This document shows positions 60,801 to 64,000 of a stretch of DNA of 64,000 nt, one piece after another. Each line of letters starts with the position of its first letter. Position 1 is the stretch's first letter. Where the stretch lies: positions 117,788-181,787 of the forward strand of contig NW_005201791.1 of the NCBI RefSeq assembly GCF_000372725.1, in the 5' to 3' direction. The notes beneath the pieces are model-generated. The model saw nothing but the letters and a program-made list of their open reading frames with translations, was not told the DNA's origin and made no database searches. Position numbers and translations under genes: made by a program. This DNA comes from Emiliania huxleyi CCMP1516 (lineage: Eukaryota).

Positions 60801-62316
60801 CGTCGGCGCACCTCGCTGCCGGTGGCGACGGCGACGCAGCCTCCCGCCCCACGGCCCACGCGCGCGCGTTTCTTTTTTACCGCCGGATGTCTGGTTTCTC
60901 TAGCCGACAGCCCGTACAGCCCGGGTGCTGACGACGACGACGACGAGTGCGCTGACGGCGACACCGAGCCGGCCGGCGGCTGGGGCGGCGCCGAGGGCGG
61001 TGGCGAGGCTGGGGGCTTGGGAGCGGCGGAGGAGGAGGCTGCCTCCGCCGCCACCTTCGAGGCGATGCTGCTCCCGTGGGCGGCGGAGGAGGCTCCACGT
61101 GTCGTGGCGCTGCCGCGGCGGATCGACTACCTCAACGTGATAAGCGAGGCGCTCGGAGGGGGCGGCGCGCTCGGCGTGCACGCGCGCTGCGAGGGGCAGG
61201 CGGACCTCGGTGTGGCCTCGCGCCCAACGGCGTCTGTTCACACCTCCGAGCCCTGCCACTGCTGTGAACAGGTGACGCGCCAGCCCATCCTCTACTTTCT
61301 CGTCGGGCCGCGCCTCGCCGGCCGGCGCAACGAGCTCGCCTCGCGCGTCGCTGGCCTCGAGGTGTGCGGCGACGCGCTGCTCGCCGACGCTAGGGTGGTG
61401 CGCGCCGAGGCCGCGCGCCGCGGCGCCGGAGGCGGCGTCGGAGGTGGCGTTGGAGGCAGGGCGCAGCTGTCCCTCCGCTGCGGCGGCGCGGCGCTCTACG
61501 AGTCCTTCCTCGCCCAGCATGGGGCGGGGCTGCTCGGCTTTGTCGTCGGCTGCACGGGCGCGCCGCTGCTCGGGCAGTGGGCCTTGCCTCGCTTCGAGGC
61601 GTGGCCGAGCGAGCGGCCGCCGCAGACTGTGCTGCAGGAGTACCTCGAGCGGCGCGGCTGCTGGTGCAGAGTGCTCTCCGAGCGCGCGTAGTAGTCAACT
61701 ATGAGTCACTAAGAGCGAATCACTAATCAGGTGCAAAGTGCTCTCCGAGCCCGCGTCCCTGCCCGCCGAGCCGGGCCAGCCCCCTCCCGACTTCTTCGTC
61801 GGCCGGTTGGCGACCGACGCGACGCAGGCGGGCCTGGACAACCTCGGGCCATCTCGGGCCACCTCGGGCCACCTCGGGCCATCTCGGGCCATCTCGGGCC
61901 ACCTCGGGCCACTTCGGGCCACCTCGGGCCACCTCGGGCCACTTCGGGCAGCCTCGGGCCACCTCGGGTCACCTCGGGCCAGCTCGGGCCACCTCGGGCC
62001 ACCTCGGGCCACCTGGCCACCTCGGGCCACCTCGGGCCACCTCGGGCCATCTCGGGCCATCTCGGGCCACCTCGGGCAGCCTCGGACCATCATCTCGCGT
62101 GCGCGTCGCAGGCGGGCGTGTTTGTCGGCACGGCGCTGCCGCAGGGCGCGTGGGCGGGGGAGGGCGGCGTGGTTGAGCTGCGGGGCCCTCCGTGCCGCAG
62201 CAAGCGCGAGGCGGAGAGGAGCGTCGCGTACGCGCTGCTGCAGGCCGCGCTGCCGCAAGCGGCAGATTCGCCACCGCCGCCGCTGCTCGTCGAGTCGGTG
62301 ACGCTTCTCACCGCTG

Positions 62317-62361
<45 letters not shown>

Positions 62362-64000
62362 TAGGCGGCGGCGGCGTAGGCGGCGGCGGTGGCGTAGGCG
62401 GCGGCGTGGCGCTCGAGGCGGGAGGCAGCGTCGAGGTGTCCTACACGCTGCAGCTCGAGCCGGACGGCAGCGGCGGCGTCGGCGCGACCCTGGAGGTGCA
62501 GCGGCGGCTCTGCGTCCTGCTTGGCGGCGGACTCCTCCACCCAGAGGTGGAGGGGCTTCTCGCGGATCTGGGGGCGGCGTGGGCAGCGCGCGCCGCCCCC
62601 GCCGGCCCGGAGTCTGCCGCTGGCAGCGGCGAGGCGGCCCTGCATGTCGAGGCGGCTTTGCGTGTGGTCTACCGCGGGAAGCGGCGGCGGTGCAGGCTGT
62701 GGCTGCAGCTGCACTCGGCGACAGCGGCGGAGGAGTTTGAGTGCGTCGCGGCGCGCGACGGCGGGCCATCGCTGGGCGCCCTGCGGATAAACTACGTGTG
62801 CGAGCTGCTGCGCCAGCTGAGCCCGGCCAGCTTGTGCGACGTGGGCTGCGGCGAGGGGCGGGCCGGCACTGCAGCCCTCGTGGGTGGCGTCTCTTCACAG
62901 CTCGAGCCGTGAACAGGCGAGGGGCGGCTGATATGCAGCTTGCTGCGCGGAGGCGGCGCGCCGTCGCTGCGGCGGGTCGTCGCCAACGACGTCAGCGCGC
63001 GCGCGCTGCGTCGCTGCGGCGAGAAGGCGCGCCCCGAGGTGGCCGCGCCGTGCAGGCAGCGCCTCTTCACGCTTCCGGCTGTGAGCAGGTGCGCGCGGCG
63101 CTGGCGGCGCGCGCAGGCGGCGGCGCGCCGTCGGCGGAGCTGGAGTTCGAGTTGCTCTGCTCCCCAGTCTCTGAGCTGCGGCTGGCAGCAGGCTGCGATG
63201 TCCTGACGCTGGTCGAGGTCGTGGAGCACCTCGACCCTCCCGAGCTGCAGCGGCTGGGCGCAGTTCTGCTCGGCCGGTGCCTAATCACTCATTCATGGTG
63301 AGTCCTCAGCAAGTAGCCATAAAATAGGCGCGGCGCTGCTCGGCCGGTGCACATGCACATGTCCGGGACACGTCCGAGCCATGTCCGAGACATGTCGCAT
63401 AGGCGCGGCGCTGCTCGGCCGGTGCGCGCCGCGCGCCCTCATCGTCACCACGCCAAACAAGGAGCACTCGCACCGCCCACCCACCCGCACACGCGCACCG
63501 GGCCTTGCACTTTCAATCCACGCGCGCCGGGCCTTGCACTTTGAATGCCGTGTGCGGCTCCTGTCGCTCACGGGGAGTCGCGAGGGTCGGTTCGGCCCTT
63601 GCCCCACCACCCTCGTTGTGTGTGTGGAGGAGCGTACCTCACACCTTACCTTAGGAGCACAACCTCATATCTCCCCATATCTCCTCATCTCGGTGGGGGA
63701 GATACCTTAGGAGTACAACCTCAACCTGATGGTCACATGCTCGGAGGAGGCGCGCGGAGGCGCCGTTTGCCGCTCTCTCCCCCTATCTCCCCCTATCTCC
63801 CCCTATCTCCCCCTATCTCCCCCTATCTCCCCCTATCTCCGCCTATCTCCCCATACCTCCCCATATCTCCCCATATCTCCCCATACCTCCCCATACCTCC
63901 CCATACCTCCCCATACCTCCCCATATCTCCCCATATCTCCCTATATCTCCCCATGGAGGCGCCGCGTGCCGCGGCCGCGGCGGCGCAGGGCTGACGCTGG
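57595..64000 (+). CDS. HEN1: HEN1-type small-RNA 2'-O-methyltransferase with plant-like domain order; apparently continuous with the Dicer and running off the window
   Basis: dsRBD (GHSKKKEAKKAA); NELASRVAGLEVCGDALLA (plant HEN1 LCD-like); second dsRBD (PPQTVLQEY...SKREAERSVAYALL); FKBP-like VEVSYTL...LHPEVE; methyltransferase motifs PSLGALRINYV, DVGCGEG, EVVEHL and IVTTPNKE|YN. Confidence 0.85.
60219..60744 (+). repeat. 70-bp tandem repeat, about 7.5 copies; each unit is an exon start plus an intron 3' end with AG
   Basis: GCCCTCGAGC recurs at 60241, 60311, 60381, 60451, 60521, 60591, 60661 and 60731. Confidence 0.95.

Overview
This is GC-rich eukaryotic genomic DNA with many short, repeat-filled introns (often GC donors), microsatellites and one N-gap. 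The style and gene families suggest a haptophyte such as Emiliania/Gephyrocapsa huxleyi; that is an inference. Recognisable genes: biotin carboxylase (partial), F-box/RCC1, DUF4326, LURP-one-related, TauE/SafE, a Cys-loop channel fragment, U1-70K, AP2x4-DnaJ, a PHD plus putative TET/JBP-like dioxygenase, an RNase H relic, an MFS transporter, a PAN/Pro-rich protein, a sulfatase remnant, a hemerythrin-like protein, an AP2-Tudor-2OG oxygenase and an ARMC3-like protein. Two loci stand out. (1) A head-to-head pair: a transmembrane bacterial-type STING gene (35865-37286, minus) and an intron-containing GGDEF diguanylate cyclase gene (37907-38883, plus). This is a candidate eukaryotic c-di-GMP synthase-sensor module, and a Mutator-type element with a 9-bp TSD sits in the cyclase 3' end. 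(2) A locus over 17 kb (47019 to past the window end) in which a Dicer carrying an inserted HAD/MDP-1-like phosphatase appears to continue in frame into a plant-type HEN1 methyltransferase. All calls come from reading motifs by eye; no database searches were run, and exon boundaries are approximate unless stated.
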